Assembly (NCBI GenBank): GCA_965203325.1
Contig: OZ241875.1
Location: forward strand, 768,001 to 832,000
Reading direction: 5' to 3'
Origin: a bacterium
GTDB taxonomy: Bacteria; UBA8248
DNA: 64,000 nucleotides
Part shown: one piece after another, positions 49,945 through 58,917 of the stretch
Position numbering within the stretch: position 1 is the stretch's first letter
Layout: every line of letters starts with the position of its first letter
The notes under the pieces: model-generated
The model's database searches: none
What the model was told of the DNA's origin: nothing
What the model saw: the letters and a program-made list of their open reading frames with translations, nothing else
Program-made: the position numbers and the translations under genes

Positions 49945-50274
49945 TCAAATTGTGCTCGAACGGCTCGCCTCCTGCCTGCTGTACCACTCGACCCCCTGCT
50001 CTCTGATATGCCGGCGCAGCGCCGGGTTGTCTATCGAGTCGTAGAGTACCAGATCGACCGACTGCGCCATGGGAATTTCTTCAATGGCGGCACCGAGGCG
50101 GGCCTGATCAGTCAGGGTGAGGCGGCTGCCGAACAGCGCGATGTCCACGTCCGAGGTCGCGGTGTTGGTTCCGGTGGCCCTAGAACCGAACAGAACGGCC
50201 CGCTCCACGTTGTCGTTGGCGGCGATGGCGGCGGTGATCGCCGCGCGGTGTTTGTCTTTGAGAGCATCGGTCAT
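49945..50274 (-). CDS. Minimal nucleotidyltransferase (MNT antitoxin)
   Basis: LFGSRA.G....SDVDIA and VDLV motifs; 4-bp overlap with the HEPN gene. Confidence 0.9.
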   Translation of the reverse strand: MTDALKDKHRAAITAAIAANDNVERAVLFGSRATGTNTATSDVDIALFGSRLTLTDQARLGAAIEEIPMAQSVDLVLYDSIDNPALRRHIREQGVEWYSRQEASRSSTI

Positions 50275-50684
50275 TGCCGCCGTCTCTCGTTCAGGGTTGC
50301 GCGAAGCTGTAGCAGGGCCGGGTGATAGCTGTTCCTGATCAGCACTTCCGCTTCGAGCGCAAGCTCCTTTCGATAGGTATGGCTCAGCAGATTCCTCTTG
50401 TCCAAGGCGTCGAGCAAGGCTTCGCTATCGTCCTCTCCGAGATACCCGGCCTCAAAACTCTTTCGGATAATCGAACGGGGCACCTTTTCGTCGTAACCCT
50501 CGAAGAACAGCAAATCCTTGAGGGTGTTCCAGGCGAGTTCGAAACTGAACTCGAACGTCTGGACCAGGCCGGCACGCTCCAGATCGCTATACTCCGTAAT
50601 TGCGCAGGCATCCGTCAGTTGTGAGAGCGCGCTTTCGAAACTCTCCAGCCTCTGCATCCACCGGGCTTCATCGAGATTACTCAT
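50271..50684 (-). CDS. HEPN toxin / nucleotidyltransferase substrate-binding protein (HI0074 family)
   Basis: RW.QRL..F, GLVQ.FEF.FELAW..LKD and RNLLSHTY (RxxxxH). Confidence 0.9.
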   Translation of the reverse strand: MSNLDEARWMQRLESFESALSQLTDACAITEYSDLERAGLVQTFEFSFELAWNTLKDLLFFEGYDEKVPRSIIRKSFEAGYLGEDDSEALLDALDKRNLLSHTYRKELALEAEVLIRNSYHPALLQLRATLNERRRQ

Positions 50685-50787
50685 CCTCCGCCCTCCAGAA
50701 CCCCGGCGCTTTCAAGTTCCCGGCGATGACGGCGCTTCGGCGGGAGATGGAGCCGTTCATCGCCCCGATTTGCCTTGCTTCACCGTT

Positions 50788-51879
50788 TCATCCCTTAAAC
50801 GGCAGTTCGACCACCTCGCCGCCCCGGCGGGCGCTCTCTTCCATCGCGAGGGTGAGTTCGAGCACGGCGCGGCCCGTCTCCGCGTCGCAAAGCGGCACGT
50901 CCTTGCCGGTGGTGACGCGCTCCAGGAAGAGCCTCGTCTCATCGCGCATCGGCCCCACGAAATCGCCCACCGCCCAGTCCCCCGGCATGGCGGAGCCCAG
51001 GAAGGCGACCTCCACCGAGGAGTCGGGCGCATAGGGCGAGGGAACGCGCTCGTTGCCCACCATCATCACGTCCTTGTGGCCGTCGTCGATGCGGATGGCG
51101 CCCTCGCTCCCGAAGATGTCCATGCTGATGGTCGCCACCGTGGCGGGCCAGTACTCGGGCAGCGCCCAGTTGCCGCCCAGGCACGCCGCCGCCCCGTCCT
51201 CGAAGGTGACGACCGCCCAGCCGTAGTCGCCCATTTGGTCTGGATGATCGTGAAACACCTCGCTGCCCGCCTGCGCGTAGACGCGCACCGGCTTTCTGGG
51301 CTGGAAGAACCAGAGCGCCATGTCGGCCATGTAGGTGATCTCGTCCGTGAAGGGATTCGCATGCGGGGCGCGCAGGTAGACCTGCCGCGCCGTGGGCCGC
51401 GTGTTGTAGATCGTCATGCGCGCGGTCATCACCTCGCCCAGGCGGCCCGCGTCGATGTGCTCCTTGATCGCCAGGAATTTCCGCCTGATCCGCTGCGTAT
51501 AGCCGATGTAGAGCTCGGCGCCTCCCTTGTCCTTCGACTCCATGATCCTGTCCGCATCGGGCAGCGTGAGCGCGATGGGCTTTTCGACGAGAACAGGTTT
51601 TCCAGCCTCTAACGCCATGCAGATGGCTTCTGTGTGCTCGCCCTCGGGCGTCGACACGATTAACGCATCCACCTGGGGGTGTTCGATGACCTCACGGTTG
51701 TCCGAGGTGTGAAAGGCCGCCTCGTTCTGCTGGGCCACGGCCTCTGCGCGCTGGGGGTCGATGTCGGATATGGCGAAAAAATTCACCACCGGCGAGGTCG
51801 CCGCCAGATGCGCGCGGAGCGAGCCGATCTTTCCCGCGCCGATCAGGCCGACGCCGACTTCTTTCTTTTGAATCACCAT
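50788..51879 (-). CDS. Gfo/Idh/MocA family oxidoreductase, copy 2
   Basis: GLIGAGKIG, VSTPEGEH, KPVLVEKP and GYTQR; colinear paralog of 48760-49842. Confidence 0.92.
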   Translation of the reverse strand: MVIQKKEVGVGLIGAGKIGSLRAHLAATSPVVNFFAISDIDPQRAEAVAQQNEAAFHTSDNREVIEHPQVDALIVSTPEGEHTEAICMALEAGKPVLVEKPIALTLPDADRIMESKDKGGAELYIGYTQRIRRKFLAIKEHIDAGRLGEVMTARMTIYNTRPTARQVYLRAPHANPFTDEITYMADMALWFFQPRKPVRVYAQAGSEVFHDHPDQMGDYGWAVVTFEDGAAACLGGNWALPEYWPATVATISMDIFGSEGAIRIDDGHKDVMMVGNERVPSPYAPDSSVEVAFLGSAMPGDWAVGDFVGPMRDETRLFLERVTTGKDVPLCDAETGRAVLELTLAMEESARRGGEVVELPFKG

Positions 51880-51956
51880 TTGGCTTTCTCCTTGAAGACG
51901 CGCGAATCCTACAATCCCGACCCGCGCTCCGCAAGGCGCGCAGGGCTGGTTGGAGA

Positions 51957-52132
51957 GGTTGTTGAAAAAGTCCCTCAAAAAGAGAACCAACGCCCCCTTC
52001 GAGGGGATCGGGACAGGCCCTTCGATACAAACGCTCCTTTCTCAGTCGTGTTTGACCTTCGGCGGCTACTCAGGGTGAGGAAGACTAAAAACACCCTCAT
52101 CCCGAGTAGGCCCGCAAGGGCCGTATCGAGGG
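51957..52132. repeat. TIR-like motif plus paired CCTTCGATAC/CTACTCAGGG repeat
   Basis: GGTTGTTGAAAAAGTCCC (51957-51974); 59-bp unit at 52017-52075 recurs at 61309-61367 with 2 mismatches; partner at 52095-52130 recurs at 61269-61303. Confidence 0.85.
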
Positions 52133-52178
52133 ACGCGGGAAAACAGCCTTCCCATCCCTCCTTGCCGTGCCTCGCCTC

Positions 52179-52430
52179 TCAGATCATCCCGCCGACGAAA
52201 CCTTGCCTGCGGGTTCTGGCGACCGGCTCGAGATCCACCTTCTTCGAGCGGCATTCCCGGCAACGCAGGAGCGCCTCCAGCTCTTCCACGCGCATTCCGC
52301 GGTGCACTTTTCCCGTCCCCGGCCGGGCCAGGAGTTCGGCGGGCTCCAGGGCCGTCTCACGGCCGCAGGCCCCGCATGATGCGATGAAATACCAGTCCCC
52401 CCCGGCGTAATCGCCCAGACAGAGCGCCAT
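52179..52430 (-). CDS. Small CxxC...CxxC zinc-ribbon protein
   Basis: 83 aa, CGAC...CREC; TAATG coupling to the upstream polymerase stop. Confidence 0.7.
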   Translation of the reverse strand: MALCLGDYAGGDWYFIASCGACGRETALEPAELLARPGTGKVHRGMRVEELEALLRCRECRSKKVDLEPVARTRRQGFVGGMI

Positions 52431-53668
52431 TACCGGAAATCCTCATGCCCGGGAATGCGGCCGTACCCGATCTTGGCCCCCACGTAGCCGCCCGGAGGAG
52501 CGCAGCCGCCGTAGCCGACGACGGTGCGCGCATAGCGGCCGTTGATCGCATCGACGGCGGCGGTAAGCCTCGCCAGCCGATGCTCTTCGCCCGGCTCGCC
52601 GAGAGGCAGTTCGAGTTGCGCTTCATCCGACGGGGTGAGCCGGTCGAATGAGACGGCGATCCGGAACACCGCGTCCCGGCTCCGCGCCGAGGCAAGCGCG
52701 GGCCAGAGCGCCGAGAGGGCGCCCAGGCAGGTCAGATCGTCGTTCGCTCCGGCGACGGCCGCCGAGGCCGTCCAAGAGGGTGCATCGAGACAGTCGGCCG
52801 ACAGGGTGAGCCTCCGGGCGAAGACCCCCTCCCGGCGCAGGCGCCGGGCCGCCTTCACCACCAGTTGCCTGGCCATCGGTCGGGCCGCCTGCGCGCTGCG
52901 CTCCCCCGGAGGCAGGACCCGCCCGTGGCCGATCGAGCCGCGCCTCGTCACCGGCGGCTCCACGGCGTAGCCGTGCAGCGCGTACCAGAAGCGCGCGCCG
53001 TTCACGCCGCCCCAGATCGAACGCAGCCGTCCGGGATCCGTTTTCCAGATGTCCTCGACCGTCGATATCCCGCCTTGTCTCAAGCGCGCGCGCATGCGCT
53101 TGCCTACTCCGGGCAACGCCTCCAGGCCGAGGCCGAGCAGAGGACCCGGCAGGTCGGCGGGAAGCAGCACCGTCAGGCCGTCGGGCTTGTCCAGTTCCGC
53201 GGCGATCTTGGCGAGCCACCTGTTGGGCGCACAGCCGATGGAGCAGGTGATGCGCTCTCCGACGGCGGCCCGCACCCGGGCCTTGATCCGCCCCGCGACC
53301 TCTTCGGGGCGGTCCCGCTCCCCCAGAACGGCGGCGAGCTCGTCTATCGAGCAAACGACGTCGATCGGCAACACGGAGAGCACCGCAGCGATGATCCGCC
53401 GGTGGATGCGGACGTAGTGGTCCGGCCGCTGCGGCGCGAGCGTTATCCGGGGGCACAACCGGCGGGCCTCGGCGATGGCTGTCCCGGTCTTGACGCCGAA
53501 CCTCTTGGCCGCAGGGTTTGCGGCGAGCACGCAACTGTTGCGCGCCCCCGCGAACGGTATGACCCCGACGGGGCGGCCATGCAGGCCGGGGTCCGCCTGT
53601 TCCTGGCAGGACGCGAAAAAACCGTCGAAATCGATATAGAGCCGCTTCGGCTTGGTCGGTCGGCGCAT
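52430..53668 (-). CDS. Y-family DNA polymerase (DinB/UmuC-like)
   Basis: YIDFDGFFAS, A....AKRFGVKTG, SIDE catalytic motif, LAKIA...KPDG, LPGVG HhH and QLELP clamp-binding-like motif. Confidence 0.93.
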   Translation of the reverse strand: MRRPTKPKRLYIDFDGFFASCQEQADPGLHGRPVGVIPFAGARNSCVLAANPAAKRFGVKTGTAIAEARRLCPRITLAPQRPDHYVRIHRRIIAAVLSVLPIDVVCSIDELAAVLGERDRPEEVAGRIKARVRAAVGERITCSIGCAPNRWLAKIAAELDKPDGLTVLLPADLPGPLLGLGLEALPGVGKRMRARLRQGGISTVEDIWKTDPGRLRSIWGGVNGARFWYALHGYAVEPPVTRRGSIGHGRVLPPGERSAQAARPMARQLVVKAARRLRREGVFARRLTLSADCLDAPSWTASAAVAGANDDLTCLGALSALWPALASARSRDAVFRIAVSFDRLTPSDEAQLELPLGEPGEEHRLARLTAAVDAINGRYARTVVGYGGCAPPGGYVGAKIGYGRIPGHEDFR

Positions 53669-53681
53669 GGCTCACCCAAGA

Positions 53682-53696
53682 GAATAAAAAGCGAAA
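53682..53696 (-). promoter_or_regulatory. Possible degenerate alphaproteobacterial-type SOS box
   Basis: GAAT-N7-GAAA (consensus GAAC-N7-GAAC) about 14 bp upstream of the polymerase ATG. Confidence 0.35.
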
Positions 53697-53762
53697 ATAA
53701 CACATTCCCGGCGGCTCGCGCAAGATGAAAATCGACGCCGCGCGCGGTTTGATCCCGGCCGG

Positions 53763-53934
53763 GGTTGTTGAAAAAGACCCCTTTTCAGGGAGTAGAGAAG
53801 ACGCCCCTCTCGAATAGAAAAGCACCCCCCCCTACCCCCCCTTGTCAGGGGGGTAAAAAAAGGCGACGCCCACCGCCGGTTGAGGGGCTTTTGTTTTTTC
53901 TTGCCCCCCTGACAAGGGGGGGTAGGGGAGGGTG
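53763..53934. repeat. TIR-like motif plus long C/G-run inverted repeat
   Basis: GGTTGTTGAAAAAGACCC (53763-53780); about 34-bp arms CACCCCCCCCTACCCCCCCTTGTCAGGGGGG (from 53823) and CCCCCCTGACAAGGGGGGGTAGGGGAGGGTG (to 53934). Confidence 0.8.
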
Positions 53935-54052
53935 TCCGAAGCTGCGAGAAGGAAGAGAAACACGACCCCCTCCTCTGGCGAAGCGGACGATAAAACCTTA
54001 TAGTGCGTCGCCGAATCGCCGAAAACCGAAAATCACCACCGGAGGATTTCTC

Positions 54053-55099
54053 GTGACCGACCGAAATTCACTCGCCGCCCTCTTGCATGAACCGGGGAGG
54101 CTCGAACTCGTGGAGCGTCCCGCGCCCGAGCCGGGGCCGGGCGAGGTGCTCGTCGAAGTCGGCGCCTGCGCGATATGCGGCAGCGATTTCCACCTGATCG
54201 ACGGCCACGTTCGGCGCGCGAAATACCCCGTCGTGCCGGGCCACGAGCTCATGGGCGTGGTGAGCGCGCTGGGTCCCGGCGTAGAGGGCGTGGAAGTCGG
54301 CGCGCGCGCCTGCATCGAGAACCACGTGCACTGCGGGGAGTGCTACTTCTGCAAAATGGGCCGGGTGAACCTGTGCAACAACTCGCGCTCCATCGGGATG
54401 AACGCCGACGGCGGCTACAGCCAACATGTGATTGCGCCCGCCAAGTGCGTCCTCCCCCTGCCGGATGCGCTGGACGACGCCACCGCTTCGGTGATGCAGA
54501 CGCTGGGCACGGGCTATCACGTCGTGATGAACCGCGCGCGGATGGAAGCGGGCGAGACCGTCGCCATCATCGGGATGGGGCCGGTGGGGCTGTGCGCGCT
54601 GGCCTGTGCGAAATACGCCGGATGCCGCGTGGTCGCGATCGACGCGGTGGCGGAGCGGCTCGAAGTCGCCCGGGAGATGGGGGCGGATGAGACGATAGAC
54701 GTACGCGAGCATGATTCCGTCTCCGCCGTGCATGACCTGACCGGCGGGCACGGGGCGGACGCCGTCCTGGAAGTCGTGGGAGGCGCGCAGAACAAGACGA
54801 TGGCCCAGGCCTTCGAGATGGCACGCAAGGGCGGGCGCATCGTGGTCGTGGGCGCGTTCTCGGTGGATGCGCCCATCGCGCTCGAACACTTACAACACCT
54901 CGAAAAAGAGATCATCGGCTCGCGTGGACACCCCGACACCTTCGAGGTCTGCATCGACCTGGCCGCACGCGGGGAGCTGAACGTGAAGCCCATGATCACG
55001 CACCGGATACCGCTCTCGATGGTGCACCGGGGGATCGAGATGATGCGCGAGCGAAAGGACGGGGCCATCAAGGTGGTGCTCATCCCGAAAGAAGGCTGA
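54053..55099 (+). CDS. Zinc-dependent alcohol/polyol dehydrogenase (MDR family)
   Basis: ICGSD, PGHE, CGECYFC...NLC and G.GPVG motifs; GGAGG RBS before GTG 54053. Confidence 0.93.
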   Translation: MTDRNSLAALLHEPGRLELVERPAPEPGPGEVLVEVGACAICGSDFHLIDGHVRRAKYPVVPGHELMGVVSALGPGVEGVEVGARACIENHVHCGECYFCKMGRVNLCNNSRSIGMNADGGYSQHVIAPAKCVLPLPDALDDATASVMQTLGTGYHVVMNRARMEAGETVAIIGMGPVGLCALACAKYAGCRVVAIDAVAERLEVAREMGADETIDVREHDSVSAVHDLTGGHGADAVLEVVGGAQNKTMAQAFEMARKGGRIVVVGAFSVDAPIALEHLQHLEKEIIGSRGHPDTFEVCIDLAARGELNVKPMITHRIPLSMVHRGIEMMRERKDGAIKVVLIPKEG

Positions 55100-55184
55100 G
55101 TTTCGGGCGCGCCGCGCCGAATCCGCTCTACCTCTTCTGACAAGACAACCAACGTGACACCCAAGCAGGGAGATAAAAGCGATC

Positions 55185-56075
55185 ATGCAAAGAGAAGAAA
55201 CCATCGGCTTCATCGGTCTGGGCCTCATGGGCCGGGCGTTTTCCAGGAATCTGATTGAGGACGGCTACCGGCTCGTCGGCGCAGACCCGGTTCCGGCGGC
55301 GCAGGAAGCGTTCGAGAGTTTGGGCGGCCAGGTTCTCGCCTCCCCGAAAGAGGTGGCCGAGGCGGCGGATTTCGTCTTCATCTCGGTGCCGAACTCGAAA
55401 ATATCCCTCGAATGCGCGCGGGGCGAGGAAGGTTATCTCACAGCCGATCCGGACAAGAAACCGAAGGCCGTGGTCGACACCACTACGTCGGATCCGGACG
55501 ACACGCGCGAGATGGCGCGCCTGTGCGCGGAGCGCGGCTTCGACTTCATGGAGGCGTGCGTGAGCGGCAACAGCGAGAACGTGAAGAACAGGTCGGGCCT
55601 CTTTCTCGTGGGCGGAGAGGAGCGGACACACACGCTTGTGAAGGACATGCTCGGCCGTCTGCTTTCGGATCAGATCCACTGCGGTGCTGCGGGCGACGGC
55701 GCGACGATGAAGGTGCTCATCAATTACTTGACCTGCCTGCAGCGGTGCGCCATCGCCGAGACGCTGCGCATGGGTCTGAGAGCGGGCGTGAAAGGGGAAC
55801 TCCTGCTCGACGCCTTCATGCGGAGCGCCGCCGACAGCAGGCAGCTCAGAAACCGGGGTCCCCGGATGGTGAGCGGAGATTTCTCGAACCCCGTGAGCAC
55901 GCTCGACGTGCTGACCAAGGACATCAAGCTCGGCCTCGCCCTGGGCCAGAGCGTGAACGCCAACATGCCGCTGGGCGATCTCTGCCTGCCATTTTTCACC
56001 GAGGGACAGGAACTGGGCTTCGGCTCCCTCGACAGCGCAGCGGTGTACAAGGTGTTCGAGCAGAGGGAGGGATAG
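55185..56075 (+). CDS. NAD(P)-dependent oxidoreductase (3-hydroxyisobutyrate/6-phosphogluconate DH family)
   Basis: GFIGLGLMG, DTTT, MKVLIN and KDI motifs. Confidence 0.9.
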   Translation: MQREETIGFIGLGLMGRAFSRNLIEDGYRLVGADPVPAAQEAFESLGGQVLASPKEVAEAADFVFISVPNSKISLECARGEEGYLTADPDKKPKAVVDTTTSDPDDTREMARLCAERGFDFMEACVSGNSENVKNRSGLFLVGGEERTHTLVKDMLGRLLSDQIHCGAAGDGATMKVLINYLTCLQRCAIAETLRMGLRAGVKGELLLDAFMRSAADSRQLRNRGPRMVSGDFSNPVSTLDVLTKDIKLGLALGQSVNANMPLGDLCLPFFTEGQELGFGSLDSAAVYKVFEQREG

Positions 56076-56151
56076 CAGGGGAAACGCAAGTTGCCCTTGC
56101 TTTGGAGCTATACCCTCTTCCGCTTTGGTCAAGAATTACGCAAAAAAGAAA

Positions 56152-56217
56152 GCAGGGACAGGTCGCGACCTGTCCTTACACAAGGCATATTTCCCGCATC
56201 GCTCGTGATTGAACTCA
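56152..56217. repeat. REP palindrome with conserved 3' flank
   Basis: GCAGGGACAGGTCGCGACCTGTCCTTACACAAGGCA...CGCATCG...GATTGAAC; second copy at 62084-62150. Confidence 0.8.
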
Positions 56218-56263
56218 AGGGGATAGTGTGCTTCGCCTCTGCCCATCATTCCGGCGGATGCCC

Positions 56264-58915
56264 CTAGAAGCTCAAGGAGATGTCGCGGTGGTGGGACATG
56301 CAGGCCGCCACGGGTTTCGCGAACCGGGTCGGCAGGCGTTCCAGTTGCCGGACCCCGATGGTTCCGCGTATGGCGGCCTCATAAGTAGCCAGGCCGGGGT
56401 CGAGCTCCCGGGCGGCGCGGGAGCGCCACGCCACCTCGCGCTCGAACAGGGCGATAACATCATCCAGGCGCTTCTCGGCGCGCTTCAGGCCTGACTTGCC
56501 TCGTCTGGAGTCCGAGCGCGCCCTGGAGAGACCCGAGCGCAGATCGTAGGTTCCGGGCACTTTTCGAAACGCCCGCTCGGCTTCGCGGATGGCGGACCCC
56601 GCCTTTTGGGCCGTCTGCGTCTGGAGGATTTCCGGCAACCCCTTGAGCTTCGCGCCTGCTTGCTCAAGAGCCGCTACCTTCGCCAGCATCTCGCGCATCG
56701 AACGCACGGAGGCGTAGGCGTCGTCGACGTTACGCCGGTAGGCGCGGCGGGCGCGTGTCTCCTTGCGCTCCAGGTTCAGGTAACGTCGGCGCATCTTCTT
56801 CCCGCCTTCGGGGCGTCTCGCCTCGGCGCGGGCCCTTCGCTTCGTGAGCTCCTCGATCTCGTGGCGCAGCGCCGCCGCGGCGTCCGTATCGCGCCCCATG
56901 CGCCGGATGGTGGTGCGGATCTCGCGGATTTCGCGGTCGATCCGCCTCTCCTGCGCGTTGACGCGCCTGATGACGGTGTGTACGGGCTTATAAGTTTCCC
57001 CGAACTTCTTCCGCTCCGCACTTGTGCGGCGCACTTGCGCGACCAGATCGAAGGTCCGGGCCGCCTTCTCCATGCCGCCGGTCAGCTTTTTGCGGACTTT
57101 CTCGGGCAGATAGCCGGTATCGAGTTTTTGCGCGGTTCGTATGCTCGCGCGTATCGTCTCGCCGTCGCGGTCGTACTGCTCGAACAGGTATTCCTCCAGG
57201 CAGTTCTGGAGGCGCGGGTTCCGCGGAGGCGGCGCCGTCTCGCCGGTGAGCGAGGTGCGCATCGGCAGGTAGTTCACCAGGGGCGGATAGAAACCCACTA
57301 TGCCCAGGGCCACGAGCTGGAGCACGATGAACGCGACCACGCCCTTGTAGATGTCCGTCGTCAGCACGTTGGACGGCGCCACGCCGCGCAGGTAGAACAG
57401 CGCGAAACCGAACGGCGGCGTCAGGAAAGAAGTCTGCATGTTGACGCCGATCATCACCCCGAGCCAGACGGCGGTGACGTTGGCCGAGGGATCCGAGAGC
57501 AGGATGGGGGCCACGATGGGCACCACGACCACCGCTATCTCGATGAAGTCGAGGAAAAAACCCAAGATGAAGATGACCGCCATGACGACGATGAACTGGC
57601 TCCAGAAACCGCCCGGCAGCGTGGTGAGAAACTCCTTCACCAACTCCTCGCCGCCGAAGCCCCGGAAGGCGGAGGTGAGCATGGCCGCGCCAAGGAGGAT
57701 GATGAAGACCATGGCCGTGGTCTTGGCGGTCTCGACCATGACGCCCGCGAGCATATTCTCGGTGCGGTAGGCGCGCCAGCCGCTCCAGGCCACGGCGACC
57801 AGCAGACCGAAAACAGCGATGGCCGCGAACGTCACGCCGATGGCCTCGTAGGCGCCGTGAATGGTGCGTATGTTGAGGTCGAAGGTGGCCAGGAGGATGA
57901 AGAGCGCCAGCAGGGAAAGGCCCGCGATGATGGCCGGCGTGTAGCACCCGCGCTGCCCCTCATTCAAGCGGTACCCCGCCATGATGGTGGCGCCGACGGC
58001 GCCGATGGCACCGGCCTGATTGACCGTGGCGACCCCCATGATGATGGAGCCGAGCACGGCCAGGATGAGCGCCAGGGGCGGAATGAGCGCCAACAGCACG
58101 CGGAAGGCGAACTGGCGGTCGAAGCTGCCTACCATCGGGATGGCCGGCGCGCTGCCGGGCCGTATGAGCGCGACCGCGAGAATGTAGATGACGTAGAGGC
58201 CCACCAGCACCAGGCCGGGCAAGATGGCGCCCAGGAACATGTCGCCCGCGCTGGCCGAGGTGATGCCGAACTCCGTGGGCATGATGAACTGGCCGGTGGA
58301 GGCCTTGAAGTCCACCAGCCGCAGCGTGCCCGCCTGGTCGGTGGCGTTCGAGAGCTGGTCGGCCAGGATGATGAGCACCACGGAGGGCGGGATGATCTGT
58401 CCCAGCGTGCCCGCCGCGCAGATGGTGCCGGTGGCGAGCCGGCGCGAGTAGCCGTTGCTCAGCATGGCCGGCAGCGAGATGAGGCCCATGGCGACCACGG
58501 TGGCGCCGAGAATGCCGGTGGTGGCGGCGAGCAGCGCGCCCACCAGCACGACCGAGATGCCGAGACCGCCCGGAACCGGCCCGAACAGGCGCGCCATGGT
58601 CACCAGCAGGTCCTCGGCGATCTTCGAGCGCTGCAGCATGATGCCCATGAACACGAACAGGGGCACGGCGATGATGGTGTCGCGCTCGACCTCCCAGTAG
58701 ACGCCCCGGAAATTGGTGACGCCGGCTGTGAGCCACTGAACGGGGCCGTCCTGCGCGAAGAAGGCGCTGGCGTCCCCGGCAAAGATGTAGCCGGTGATCG
58801 ACGCGAGACCGATGGTCAGGATGGCCGAGCCGGGCAGCGCGAACGCCACCGGGTAACCCGACGCCAGCGCTCCGGCCATGGCCAGGATTAAGAGTGCGAG
58901 AAAGAAGAGTTCCAC
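56264..58915 (-). CDS. dctM: TRAP transporter large permease with long C-terminal soluble extension
   Basis: GTLGQIIPPS and QTSFLTPPFG motifs; about 320 aa charged helical tail after APPPRNPRLQ; GTG start just after the dctQ stop. Confidence 0.9.
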   Translation of the reverse strand: MELFFLALLILAMAGALASGYPVAFALPGSAILTIGLASITGYIFAGDASAFFAQDGPVQWLTAGVTNFRGVYWEVERDTIIAVPLFVFMGIMLQRSKIAEDLLVTMARLFGPVPGGLGISVVLVGALLAATTGILGATVVAMGLISLPAMLSNGYSRRLATGTICAAGTLGQIIPPSVVLIILADQLSNATDQAGTLRLVDFKASTGQFIMPTEFGITSASAGDMFLGAILPGLVLVGLYVIYILAVALIRPGSAPAIPMVGSFDRQFAFRVLLALIPPLALILAVLGSIIMGVATVNQAGAIGAVGATIMAGYRLNEGQRGCYTPAIIAGLSLLALFILLATFDLNIRTIHGAYEAIGVTFAAIAVFGLLVAVAWSGWRAYRTENMLAGVMVETAKTTAMVFIILLGAAMLTSAFRGFGGEELVKEFLTTLPGGFWSQFIVVMAVIFILGFFLDFIEIAVVVVPIVAPILLSDPSANVTAVWLGVMIGVNMQTSFLTPPFGFALFYLRGVAPSNVLTTDIYKGVVAFIVLQLVALGIVGFYPPLVNYLPMRTSLTGETAPPPRNPRLQNCLEEYLFEQYDRDGETIRASIRTAQKLDTGYLPEKVRKKLTGGMEKAARTFDLVAQVRRTSAERKKFGETYKPVHTVIRRVNAQERRIDREIREIRTTIRRMGRDTDAAAALRHEIEELTKRRARAEARRPEGGKKMRRRYLNLERKETRARRAYRRNVDDAYASVRSMREMLAKVAALEQAGAKLKGLPEILQTQTAQKAGSAIREAERAFRKVPGTYDLRSGLSRARSDSRRGKSGLKRAEKRLDDVIALFEREVAWRSRAARELDPGLATYEAAIRGTIGVRQLERLPTRFAKPVAACMSHHRDISLSF

Positions 58916-58917
58916 GG

